Source: a virus
DNA: 64,000 nt
Direction: 5' to 3' (one strand)
IMG/VR virus record: IMGVR_UViG_3300049846_000848
Location: 17,384-81,383 of that record
Both the position numbers and the translations under genes were made by a program. Positions 18,517-26,569 of this stretch are shown in pieces. Every line of letters begins with the position of its first letter. Positions within the stretch are counted from its first letter, which is position 1. Under the pieces are notes generated by a model. It did no database searches. It was not told where the DNA came from and saw nothing but the letters and a program-made list of their open reading frames with translations.

Positions 18517-20568
18517 ATGTCAACCAAGTACGATGTATTCAGTAATAAGTTTTCAGAAGATATCTTTCGTCAAAAGTATTCATTGAATGGTCAGGAGACT
18601 TGGGCTGATATGTGCCGACGAGTAGTATCGGCGGTATGCGGTCAACTGCTATCTCAGAAAGATCAAGATGAAATCTATAAGCTTATGCTGGCTAGGAAGT
18701 TTATTCCAGGCGGGCGGTATCTATATGCCTCTGGTCGAGCTAAGCATCAAGTTAATAATTGTTTCTTGTTTAGAGCTGAAGATTCGAGAGAGGGGTGGGC
18801 TGATTTAATGTCTAAGATTACCTCTAGCCTAATGTTAGGAGGAGGTATAGGCGCTGATTACTCTAAACTTAGATATGAGGGTGCTCCTATTGCAGGTACT
18901 GGTGGAGTATCCACTGGCCCAATAAGCCTTATGAATATGGTAAATGAAGCTGGTAGACATATAATGCAAGGTGGCCAGAGAAGGTCCGCAATCTGGGGGG
19001 GTCTAAACTGGAAACATAATGATATACCTGAATTTCTAGCATTAAAGAATTGGTCGGATGAACTAAAAGCTTTAAAAGAAAAAGACTTTAACTTCCCACT
19101 TCCTATGGAAGGAACTAACATAAGTGTTATTTATGACACTGAGTTCTTTATAGCCATAGAGGATGAGAATCATCCACTGCATTCTAAGGCGAAAGAAGTA
19201 TGGCTAGCCAACTGTAGGCAAGCATTTACTACTGCTGAGCCAGGATTCTCAATGAATTTCTTACGTGATAATGAATCACTTAGGAATGCACCAGTCTCGG
19301 CTAGGACTAGGGTACTAACAGACAAAGGCTATGTAACAGTAGGCTCCATCGTAGGTAAAGAAGTTAGATTGTGGACTGGGGATAGATGGGCTCTAACTAC
19401 GTTCAAACTTACTAAAAAGAACTCTGACCTAGTAGAAGTACACATGTCTAATGCGCTATCAATAGTATGTGACCCCGAACATCCTTTCATCATAAAGCCA
19501 CATAGCGATTGCACTAAGTCTGATTTAAAGAGAATAGCAGCTGGGCAGTTAGTACCAGGAATGCTAATTAGATCCGATGCCCCCGGTAGAAATGAGTTTG
19601 ATCCTGACGTAGAAGTAGTTTCAGTAGAAACTCTTGACTATAAAGAAGATGTTTACTGCTGCGATGTTGGAGTAGAGGAGCATTCCTTCATGGCTGAGGG
19701 CGTAATCATTTCAAACTGCACGGAAGTAGTATCAGAAGATGACTCCGATAAGTGTAACCTAGGTACTGCTTGGATCAATAGATTCAAGACTAAAGAAGAA
19801 TTCAAGAAAGCCATACCATTCATGGTAAAGTTTTTACTATGTGGCGGCATCTACTCAGATGTACCTACCGACAAGATAAAGGAAGTAGGTACCAAGAATA
19901 ATCGTATTGGACTAGGCATAGGCGGTATACATGAGTGGCTTATCACTAGGGGTATGGATTACGAGGTTACTCCAGAGCTACATAAGTGGCTTAAAGTGTA
20001 TGAAGATGAGTCTACTGCTAGCGCCTACATATTTGCTAAGGAACTGGGAGTATCTATCCCTAAAGGAGTTAGAGCTATCGCACCTACTGGCACCATAGGG
20101 ATTATGGCTGAGACTACCACTGGAATCGAACCACTATTCTGCAAGGCATACAAGCGACGCTATTTAGAAGGATCTAGTTGGAAACATCAATACGTAGTAG
20201 ACGGTATGGTTAAGCGCTTATTAGATCAAGGCGTAGCATTATGCGATATTAAAGATAGCTATGATCTTACATTCAAGCAGCGCGTTAAGTTTCAAGCTGA
20301 CGTACAGAGTTACGTAGACATGGCCATATCATCCACATGTAATATGCCAGCATGGGGTTCTGAGACTAATAATGAGAAGACACTTGAATCTAATGCTAAA
20401 ATACTGCTAAAGTATGCTAAGCGACTCCGAGGCTTTACTGTCTATCCTGATGGGTGTCGAGGCGGTCAACCCCTAACTAGAGTATCCTTAGAGGAAGCAT
20501 TAGAGTATGAGGGTACAGTATTTGAAGAGACTGAAAATAAATGCCTTAATGGCGTATGCGGATTATAG
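18517..20568 (+). CDS. nrdJ: Class II (B12-dependent) ribonucleotide reductase, intein-containing
   Basis: FIPGGR, NNCF, GGQRRSA, NA/CTE after intein removal, CNLG, IAPTGT, C-terminal CxxxxC; no nrdB adjacent. Confidence 0.9.
   Translation: MSTKYDVFSNKFSEDIFRQKYSLNGQETWADMCRRVVSAVCGQLLSQKDQDEIYKLMLARKFIPGGRYLYASGRAKHQVNNCFLFRAEDSREGWADLMSKITSSLMLGGGIGADYSKLRYEGAPIAGTGGVSTGPISLMNMVNEAGRHIMQGGQRRSAIWGGLNWKHNDIPEFLALKNWSDELKALKEKDFNFPLPMEGTNISVIYDTEFFIAIEDENHPLHSKAKEVWLANCRQAFTTAEPGFSMNFLRDNESLRNAPVSARTRVLTDKGYVTVGSIVGKEVRLWTGDRWALTTFKLTKKNSDLVEVHMSNALSIVCDPEHPFIIKPHSDCTKSDLKRIAAGQLVPGMLIRSDAPGRNEFDPDVEVVSVETLDYKEDVYCCDVGVEEHSFMAEGVIISNCTEVVSEDDSDKCNLGTAWINRFKTKEEFKKAIPFMVKFLLCGGIYSDVPTDKIKEVGTKNNRIGLGIGGIHEWLITRGMDYEVTPELHKWLKVYEDESTASAYIFAKELGVSIPKGVRAIAPTGTIGIMAETTTGIEPLFCKAYKRRYLEGSSWKHQYVVDGMVKRLLDQGVALCDIKDSYDLTFKQRVKFQADVQSYVDMAISSTCNMPAWGSETNNEKTLESNAKILLKYAKRLRGFTVYPDGCRGGQPLTRVSLEEALEYEGTVFEETENKCLNGVCGL
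19291..19716 (+). mobile_element. Mini-intein (142 aa), Pro-starting, class-3-like
   Basis: PVSARTRVLT (block A), CDPEHPF (B), VYCCDV...HSF (F), GVIISN/C (G); no homing endonuclease. Confidence 0.85.
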
Positions 20569-20577
20569 GAGGACAAT

Positions 20578-21102
20578 ATGGCTAAGAAGTTTAAAACCAA
20601 AGAAGGTCAAGATGTACCGATGGACCAAGAAGGTAGACCTCTAATTCCTAGCGGACTCTTTATATCTAGAGGTCAGTTACCAGTCAAAGCATTAGTAGCT
20701 AACGCTAAGCTACCAACCAGAGCGCACCCAAATGATGCAGGCTTAGACCTATACGCTCACTCCGAGACTAAAGACCCACAAGGTCGCTTCGTTGAATACG
20801 ATACCGGCATAGCTGTAGCCATCCCAGAAGGATATGTCGGATTACTCTGCCCTAGGTCATCTATATCTAACACTTCACTAATGCTGCGTAACCATGTAGG
20901 CATACTCGATTCAGGTTATCAAGGTCCGATAACCTTTCGATTCAAGCGCCTACCTGATTGTAAAGGATTACACTTCTATAACATAGGTGATCGCATTGGC
21001 CAGCTAGTCATAGTTCCTATCCTACTATTAGATCCGGTATTCGTGGATGAGCTACCTCAATCAGATAGAGGTAAGGGTGGCTACGGATCTACCGGGGTGT
21101 AG
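20578..21102 (+). CDS. dut: Trimeric dUTPase
   Basis: AGLDL, PRSS, GILDSGYQG, RIGQL, RGKGGYGSTG. Confidence 0.95.
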   Translation: MAKKFKTKEGQDVPMDQEGRPLIPSGLFISRGQLPVKALVANAKLPTRAHPNDAGLDLYAHSETKDPQGRFVEYDTGIAVAIPEGYVGLLCPRSSISNTSLMLRNHVGILDSGYQGPITFRFKRLPDCKGLHFYNIGDRIGQLVIVPILLLDPVFVDELPQSDRGKGGYGSTGV

Positions 21103-21103
21103 C

Positions 21104-21538
21104 ATGCGAGCACCAGGATATCAAGGTATGCGCAGCTCCCATAGCGGTCCGGTCTATGATTTTTATGGGGATTTACAAAACGTACCATCATGGCGTATCA
21201 ATGCCAAAGGCCTAATCTCAATAGCTGTAATGGACGCGGATGATAAGATACAGCTGGATGAGGTTACGTTAGATGAACTTAAGATGGTAGACGCTGTCCT
21301 ACCCTGGTGGTTCCAAGATGAAATCCCAGGATCAACCGACCCTAATGACCACGATCGTTTCAAGCATAACGTATGCTCTAATCCGGTATGGCATGATATG
21401 AAGAAGATCGTATATTTCAACATCCCTTATTTAGAATGTGATAGATGTGGATTTTGTCCTGATTTAGATCAGCATAAACCTAGATACAAGAAAGCTTATT
21501 TAGACTGGGTGGAGTATTATGGCCATAAAAAAACCTAA
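21104..21538 (+). CDS. Hypothetical protein with Cys motifs
   Basis: ATG just after dut stop; CDRCGFC. Confidence 0.55.
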   Translation: MRAPGYQGMRSSHSGPVYDFYGDLQNVPSWRINAKGLISIAVMDADDKIQLDEVTLDELKMVDAVLPWWFQDEIPGSTDPNDHDRFKHNVCSNPVWHDMKKIVYFNIPYLECDRCGFCPDLDQHKPRYKKAYLDWVEYYGHKKT

Positions 21539-21911
21539 GAAGCCTATATTTCCTAAGCGCATACCTCCGGTAATACGCTACTATCCTGGACGTAGTCAAG
21601 GAATCTATACGCTTAAGTCCACGTTCATCAACATGTCTACCGCTACCGCAATAGTTTTAGCTGACCCTACCGCCCGTATCATAAACACTAAGACCAAGAA
21701 AGAAGTTACCTGGGACGTAATCAATCGCACCTTACCACGTATTATCGGATCGTTATCTAATAAACGAAGTTTGTTACGTGAAATTATTGCTTTACTTGTA
21801 ACAAAAGGACGCTATACTAATGGAAGGATGGTTAGCGAGGTGTTAACCGAACTAGCCAAGACACTAGAGGATATCAATGACCGCACAAGAACTAAAAGAC
21901 CTACTAACTAA
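21519..21911 (+). CDS. Possible PhaR-type (PHB_acc_N-like) DNA-binding protein
   Basis: IRYYPGR...STFINM...RIINTKTKKEVTWDVI resembles the PhaR N-terminal pattern. Confidence 0.45.
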   Translation: MAIKKPKKPIFPKRIPPVIRYYPGRSQGIYTLKSTFINMSTATAIVLADPTARIINTKTKKEVTWDVINRTLPRIIGSLSNKRSLLREIIALLVTKGRYTNGRMVSEVLTELAKTLEDINDRTRTKRPTN

Positions 21912-22062
21912 ATATATGCTCTACTTATTGATACTCTCTACTATCAGCGTAGCATTAACTTCAATCTTATACGTACATAGGAAGACTGCTTATATAGACT
22001 TCATATCAAACGAGCTACTAAGAGACTATCCATGCAGTCCAGTCACTAAGGAGTCTAAATGA
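21877..22062 (+). CDS. Small membrane protein
   Basis: One TM helix; GAGG SD. Confidence 0.6.
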   Translation: MTAQELKDLLTKYMLYLLILSTISVALTSILYVHRKTAYIDFISNELLRDYPCSPVTKESK

Positions 22063-22295
22063 GCGCCGATACTCTAATCAAACTATGTGTAGCTAAAGGT
22101 TATTCTATAACTATAAAGAACTACGTGACCGAAGCTCCATTTAAGATTGACCCATTCGTAGGTGTCTTTATAGACACTAAAGGCCAGCTAAAGCAGCCTA
22201 CCGCAGGCTTTCAGATCTACGCCGGTACATTGGATGAGGCTATATCGGATGCCTCTAGGGTACTATTTGAAGCATCCAGAGGGGAGGTAGTTTAA
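22059..22295 (+). CDS. Hypothetical protein
   Basis: AAGGAG SD. Confidence 0.6.
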   Translation: MSADTLIKLCVAKGYSITIKNYVTEAPFKIDPFVGVFIDTKGQLKQPTAGFQIYAGTLDEAISDASRVLFEASRGEVV

Positions 22296-22784
22296 ATGAA
22301 TCTAGACGCCCAGATCAAATGGCATACCTTAGCTAGATGTTACGCTGATATGTTCTCCCAGGACCCAGACACCAGGGTAGGATGCGCTATTATAAGCCCA
22401 TCTAACCGCCTTATATCACTCGGAACTAATAACCCAGTATCCACCCTAGGGAGACGTGAGGACTGCCGCCATAAGCCATTAAAATATGGAGTCACGACCC
22501 ATGCAGAAGCAGCTGCCATCCTAGAAGCCAAGCGAGACTTAACTGGATGCTCCGCCGTTATGACCGACGCACCCTGCTCTAACTGCCTAAGATTACTATT
22601 AGAATCAAACATCTATCGCATCTACTACGGTACAGCTGAGATCATGCTAACTAGATCTACCACCGATGACCGGATAGCCTGCCGTCACATGCTCACCAAT
22701 ACTTACGAAGACATCACTTGTACCAACATATTCACCCAACATCACTATGCTGCCGAGTTACATCAGTCCCTAAACCAAGGATAG
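22296..22784 (+). CDS. dCMP deaminase
   Basis: SQDPDTRVGC, HAE, PCSNC. Confidence 0.9.
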   Translation: MNLDAQIKWHTLARCYADMFSQDPDTRVGCAIISPSNRLISLGTNNPVSTLGRREDCRHKPLKYGVTTHAEAAAILEAKRDLTGCSAVMTDAPCSNCLRLLLESNIYRIYYGTAEIMLTRSTTDDRIACRHMLTNTYEDITCTNIFTQHHYAAELHQSLNQG

Positions 22785-22786
22785 CT

Positions 22787-23176
22787 ATGGGCAAGACCCG
22801 CCGCTCCTCTCGTGATCTAGATGACCTAAAAGCTTTAAAAGAGAAGAACTCGCGTCTCAACCAAGAGAACCGCCAACTTAGACGTGAAATCAGTAACTTA
22901 CGAAAACAACTATCCCAACTAGACATAGACCGCCGATATGATGTACAAGATCTAATCCTAGCTCATGACCAAGAACTATCTGAGCGTCAGTCACATAAGG
23001 CCCTAATAGCTAAATGGTCATGTCACCAATGCGGTAGAGGAACTTTAATCCTACATATACTAAACATACCTGGAGGCTCCCGCTACTACCGTCACTGTAA
23101 CCTATGTCCGCATCGAACACCCCTACAACCATATACAAAAGATGTTGAAGGAGTGTTAGAGTCTGATCTAAGATAA
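22787..23176 (+). CDS. Coiled-coil plus zinc-ribbon protein
   Basis: Heptads then CHQC...CNLC. Confidence 0.65.
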   Translation: MGKTRRSSRDLDDLKALKEKNSRLNQENRQLRREISNLRKQLSQLDIDRRYDVQDLILAHDQELSERQSHKALIAKWSCHQCGRGTLILHILNIPGGSRYYRHCNLCPHRTPLQPYTKDVEGVLESDLR

Positions 23177-23180
23177 TAAA

Positions 23181-23231
23181 CTTTACTAATCAGTAAAGAA
23201 GTTAAGGCCTTAAAATTTACTATTAGTAAAG
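23181..23231. repeat. Nested inverted repeat (operator/origin candidate)
   Basis: CTTTACT-AATC-AGTAAAG, TTAAGGCCTTAA and TTTACT-ATT-AGTAAA in AT-rich intergenic DNA. Confidence 0.7.
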
Positions 23232-23333
23232 AATGACTCTAACTACTTGAAATCACATTCATTATTTAGACTTAACTTTTAGCTTGTCTTATGGATATTT
23301 TCTGATAATATGATCTATATCAGGGAGGTGCCA

Positions 23334-23822
23334 ATGAGAAATTTAATAAATAAATTACTTAAAGTTATAGGCGCTACTCTAGTAGATAACTCTTATTCTA
23401 AAGAGAAAGAAAAATACAATATAGTAAAGTCACTATCTCTGACTTTAGATACAGCGGACCTTGATCTTATCTCTATAGCTAATAGAGAGCTTGAACTAGA
23501 GAAGCAACTACTTGAATTAGCTAAAGATAGACAAAGATTAAATGAACTAAAACTAAAGATAGAACGTCATATAACTAGACTAGCTAAAGAACATGGACTT
23601 ATATCAGATACTGACGTACTTAAAGTAAAGGGCTCTAGAGAAGCGTACAACACTGTATCACGAGTACCCTTAGACTGTACTTATAAATTTAATGCTAAAG
23701 TAATCTCTCGCAGTCAAGAGACTGAAGCTAGACTACAGGAGCAAGCCGATAGACACGACCAAGCTACTAAGGCTAAGGTAGTTGCTCCGACGGATAACTT
23801 TTACGTTAAGGCTAAAGCATAA
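23334..23822 (+). CDS. Hypothetical coiled-coil protein
   Basis: GGGAGGT SD before ATG 23334. Confidence 0.65.
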   Translation: MRNLINKLLKVIGATLVDNSYSKEKEKYNIVKSLSLTLDTADLDLISIANRELELEKQLLELAKDRQRLNELKLKIERHITRLAKEHGLISDTDVLKVKGSREAYNTVSRVPLDCTYKFNAKVISRSQETEARLQEQADRHDQATKAKVVAPTDNFYVKAKA

Positions 23823-23834
23823 TAGGAGGACTAT

Positions 23835-24137
23835 ATGGAACGACGATCAGACTTCGCCTTAAGACAAGCCAGATTCATGCATGAGCTTATGGTAGCAGAA
23901 CCTATAGATCCTATTTACAACAAGAGATTAGCCGAGGAAGGACGTAGACTGGTAGAGCTACATGCCATCTTAAAGGTCAAAGAAGACCGTAACGAAGATA
24001 CTACCGCAGTATTGAATCTAAATGATATAGGTGATATAGTAACTAAGGAGCATCCTTTAGCTATAGAGGAGGCTAAACATAACCCTAGATACGCTAAACC
24101 AGTAAGTTATGGGCGTATCAAATTAGGATGGAGGTAG
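23835..24137 (+). CDS. Hypothetical protein
   Basis: AGGAGG SD. Confidence 0.65.
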   Translation: MERRSDFALRQARFMHELMVAEPIDPIYNKRLAEEGRRLVELHAILKVKEDRNEDTTAVLNLNDIGDIVTKEHPLAIEEAKHNPRYAKPVSYGRIKLGWR

Positions 24138-24139
24138 TT

Positions 24140-24247
24140 ATGAACGAGTTAATTGAGTATGCCACTTTGATAGTAATATTCTTTATATTACCAGCGGCTA
24201 TAGGCTATGCCATAGAATACCGCGAAGAACCACCTAAGGACATATAA
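24140..24247 (+). CDS. 35-aa single-TM micro-protein
   Basis: MNELIEYATLIVIFFILPAAIGYAIEYREEPPKDI; GGAGGT SD; below ORF-track cutoff. Confidence 0.65.
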   Translation: MNELIEYATLIVIFFILPAAIGYAIEYREEPPKDI

Positions 24248-24250
24248 CTT

Positions 24251-24358
24251 ATGACTCTAACTGATTTCACGATATTGTATTTTGCACTGACTATGGCTAT
24301 AGGATTCGTCTTATGGTCTATAGTCCAGTCGGGAGATAGCCCGGATGATTGGGATTAA
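24251..24358 (+). CDS. 35-aa single-TM micro-protein
   Basis: MTLTDFTILYFALTMAIGFVLWSIVQSGDSPDDWD. Confidence 0.6.
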   Translation: MTLTDFTILYFALTMAIGFVLWSIVQSGDSPDDWD

Positions 24359-24361
24359 GGC

Positions 24362-24511
24362 ATGAACCAGTTAGAAGCTTTAACCATAGGAATCACCGCA
24401 TTAGGGGCTATCGCTTGTGGTATGGGGTTGACTATGGCTGAGCCTATGGTTATGCTAGGGTTAGCGATGGTATCGTTATGGGTCATTATAGAGGTTATAA
24501 TAGCGTTATAA
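24362..24511 (+). CDS. 49-aa two-TM micro-protein
   Basis: MNQLEALTIGITALGAIACGMGLTMAEPMVMLGLAMVSLWVIIEVIIAL. Confidence 0.6.
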   Translation: MNQLEALTIGITALGAIACGMGLTMAEPMVMLGLAMVSLWVIIEVIIAL

Positions 24512-24524
24512 AGGAAGATGCCAC

Positions 24525-24668
24525 ATGAAAGCTAAACTACTAAGAACCACCAAAGACATAGCCCTATTGACTGGATCAGCTATAGCTATGGTAGGGCTAC
24601 TATACGTAGCATTTGAACATCCAGTAGAGGCTATCTTAGCCATAGCTTTAATAGCGGGGGGATTATGA
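24525..24668 (+). CDS. 47-aa membrane micro-protein
   Basis: MKAKLLRTTKDIALLTGSAIAMVGLLYVAFEHPVEAILAIALIAGGL; ATGA overlap with next gene. Confidence 0.6.
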   Translation: MKAKLLRTTKDIALLTGSAIAMVGLLYVAFEHPVEAILAIALIAGGL

Positions 24669-24856
24669 CCCTAAAACTACTAAAGCCTAAACCAGGATAC
24701 TACTATAGCCCAGTATCAGATCAACTAGCTATCATATACCCCGATAATAGGGTAGAATTGATATGGCGTAGCGAAGGGTCACAGCATACCCGCATGACTA
24801 CTTACTGGTTTATGCGGTCTATAGTAGCTGGATGGGAATATATAGGTGGATTATGA
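24665..24856 (+). CDS. Hypothetical protein
   Basis: ATGA-coupled on both sides. Confidence 0.6.
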   Translation: MTLKLLKPKPGYYYSPVSDQLAIIYPDNRVELIWRSEGSQHTRMTTYWFMRSIVAGWEYIGGL

Positions 24857-25209
24857 CCTCACCTACTACCCCAGAACTCTCCATACGCATCATACCAGGC
24901 CACAAGAACCCTAATAAGCACTCGGCTCTACCGTGGCGATGGACTCTCCTAGGTATCCATGACGAGGTAGTAGCTGAGTCACCCGAGTATCCTAGCCTAT
25001 TTGAATGCACGGTATATGCTAAGACATTCATCTTTAATATGAATAATCCTATACTTATCAAGAACTTAGACCCTAAACTAGAGAAGCGATATGGCTCACC
25101 TATGAACCGAGTTGACGACTACTTCAACCACCTATATGATGAAGTAGTAAGAGAGCGAGGGGTGCCTACAGTTAGACCTAAGCTAGGAGTAGTACGTAAT
25201 GAAGATTAG
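24853..25209 (+). CDS. YegP/DUF1508-like protein
   Basis: WRWTL....EVVAESPEYPS...C pattern. Confidence 0.5.
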   Translation: MTSPTTPELSIRIIPGHKNPNKHSALPWRWTLLGIHDEVVAESPEYPSLFECTVYAKTFIFNMNNPILIKNLDPKLEKRYGSPMNRVDDYFNHLYDEVVRERGVPTVRPKLGVVRNED

Positions 25210-25408
25210 TATATGGCCTTATAAGTCTATGATAACACAAGGACGCCTTAGAGGCTGGATGATTCAGTACGTCTGGATCAATGGGATAATCCTAGGTAGA
25301 TACTTTAGCTACCGCATCCCACTGTACCCTACCTCTAAGCTCAGTAAAGAAGTAATGTTAAGACTCGATGAGACCATAGAGCGTATCAACGCATTAGGAA
25401 AGGACTAA
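25199..25408 (+). CDS. Hypothetical protein
   Basis: AGGAG SD. Confidence 0.55.
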   Translation: MKISIWPYKSMITQGRLRGWMIQYVWINGIILGRYFSYRIPLYPTSKLSKEVMLRLDETIERINALGKD

Positions 25409-25411
25409 TAT

Positions 25412-25624
25412 ATGGCTAAGAAGACTAAAACCAAGAAGAAGACTAAGACCCTAAAGAAGGTAGGCTACTCCGAGGTATGGTACTTTACCACCTCTGACCG
25501 CCTAGTCATGGTTAACATAGGCTTTGGCATCTATAGGTCTAAGACTAATCCAGACTTAGTAGAGGTCAGTGCTATGGATGGTGACCGTAGGATGGGCTAT
25601 CTACGTGTTTATAGAGGTCATTAA
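25412..25624 (+). CDS. Small basic protein
   Basis: Lys-rich N-terminus. Confidence 0.6.
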   Translation: MAKKTKTKKKTKTLKKVGYSEVWYFTTSDRLVMVNIGFGIYRSKTNPDLVEVSAMDGDRRMGYLRVYRGH

Positions 25625-25631
25625 GGGGCTA

Positions 25632-25660
25632 TAGACTATTGATTGGTGGTATGCTACGAT
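25632..25660 (+). promoter_or_regulatory. sigma70-like promoter TAGACT-17-TACGAT with TG extension
   Basis: Intergenic, spacing 17. Confidence 0.5.
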
Positions 25661-25690
25661 AGCTATATGAACTTAAACGGGGAGGTAAGT

Positions 25691-25903
25691 ATGAGTTCTA
25701 AAGAGTTCTTAGAGAAGTTAGTGTCAATGAAGCAAGCTATATATGAGACAAGGGGAGATCCTGAAGTAGCTCATGGTAGGGAAGACTCTATGATGGAATT
25801 CTATATAGACCATAGTTTAGAATTCGATAGAGATACCCTAGCCCAGGCTGTTAAGATTATATTAGAAGTTAGGGCTATGGAGTTCTCTAGATGGGGTGCT
25901 TAA
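25691..25903 (+). CDS. Hypothetical protein (DPEVAH motif)
   Basis: GGAGGT SD before ATG 25691. Confidence 0.65.
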   Translation: MSSKEFLEKLVSMKQAIYETRGDPEVAHGREDSMMEFYIDHSLEFDRDTLAQAVKIILEVRAMEFSRWGA

Positions 25904-25937
25904 CCTAATATATGAATCAAAACCTGGGGAGGTTTAT

Positions 25938-26558
25938 ATGATACGTAAAGTCGTTGGTGTGGAAAGATTCCACGTAACCTATGATCAGCAGTACGATCTA
26001 ACCTTAGAATACTGGGTTAGTATTGCCGATGAAACTAGCACTACCTATGCTATCGATAGCTTCCACGCTACTATCTACTATAAAGGAGCTTACCTCTCTA
26101 GCGCCTCCTACTGTAGCCGTAAGCCTACAAAGCTTAACAAAGATCTAGTCAGAGCATTCATAGATACCGAGGATCTACCTAAGAAAGCTATGGCTTATGC
26201 TAATACCAGACTAGTAACTAGGGGCCAGAAGTGGACTCTCAAGGTACTAAGCTGGGATACTAATAGAGGCCAAGGTTACGGTATAGTCGAAGAGCTAGGC
26301 TATTTCACTGATATCCATGGCTGCAACGCTACCAATGCTTTGACCTGCTACGATGAGACAGCTTGTATCAACCTAACTAAAGGTGACCTAATAGAGATAG
26401 AACTAGCGGACATGGGATCGCATCTAACTCCTACTAAGTTTATGGGTCAATTTGATGAAGCCAAGTCTAAAGGACTAGACCATAGTAAGCTTGCGTTCCT
26501 TAGAAGAGATGATAAGATAGTGTCAGGTATGTTACCTGAGGGTGAGTCGTTGTTTTAG
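25938..26558 (+). CDS. Protein with C-terminal cold-shock/OB-fold-like domain
   Basis: KVLSWDTNRGQGY...DIH...LTKGDLIEIEL; GGAGGT SD. Confidence 0.5.
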   Translation: MIRKVVGVERFHVTYDQQYDLTLEYWVSIADETSTTYAIDSFHATIYYKGAYLSSASYCSRKPTKLNKDLVRAFIDTEDLPKKAMAYANTRLVTRGQKWTLKVLSWDTNRGQGYGIVEELGYFTDIHGCNATNALTCYDETACINLTKGDLIEIELADMGSHLTPTKFMGQFDEAKSKGLDHSKLAFLRRDDKIVSGMLPEGESLF

Positions 26559-26569
26559 GGAGGTAAATT

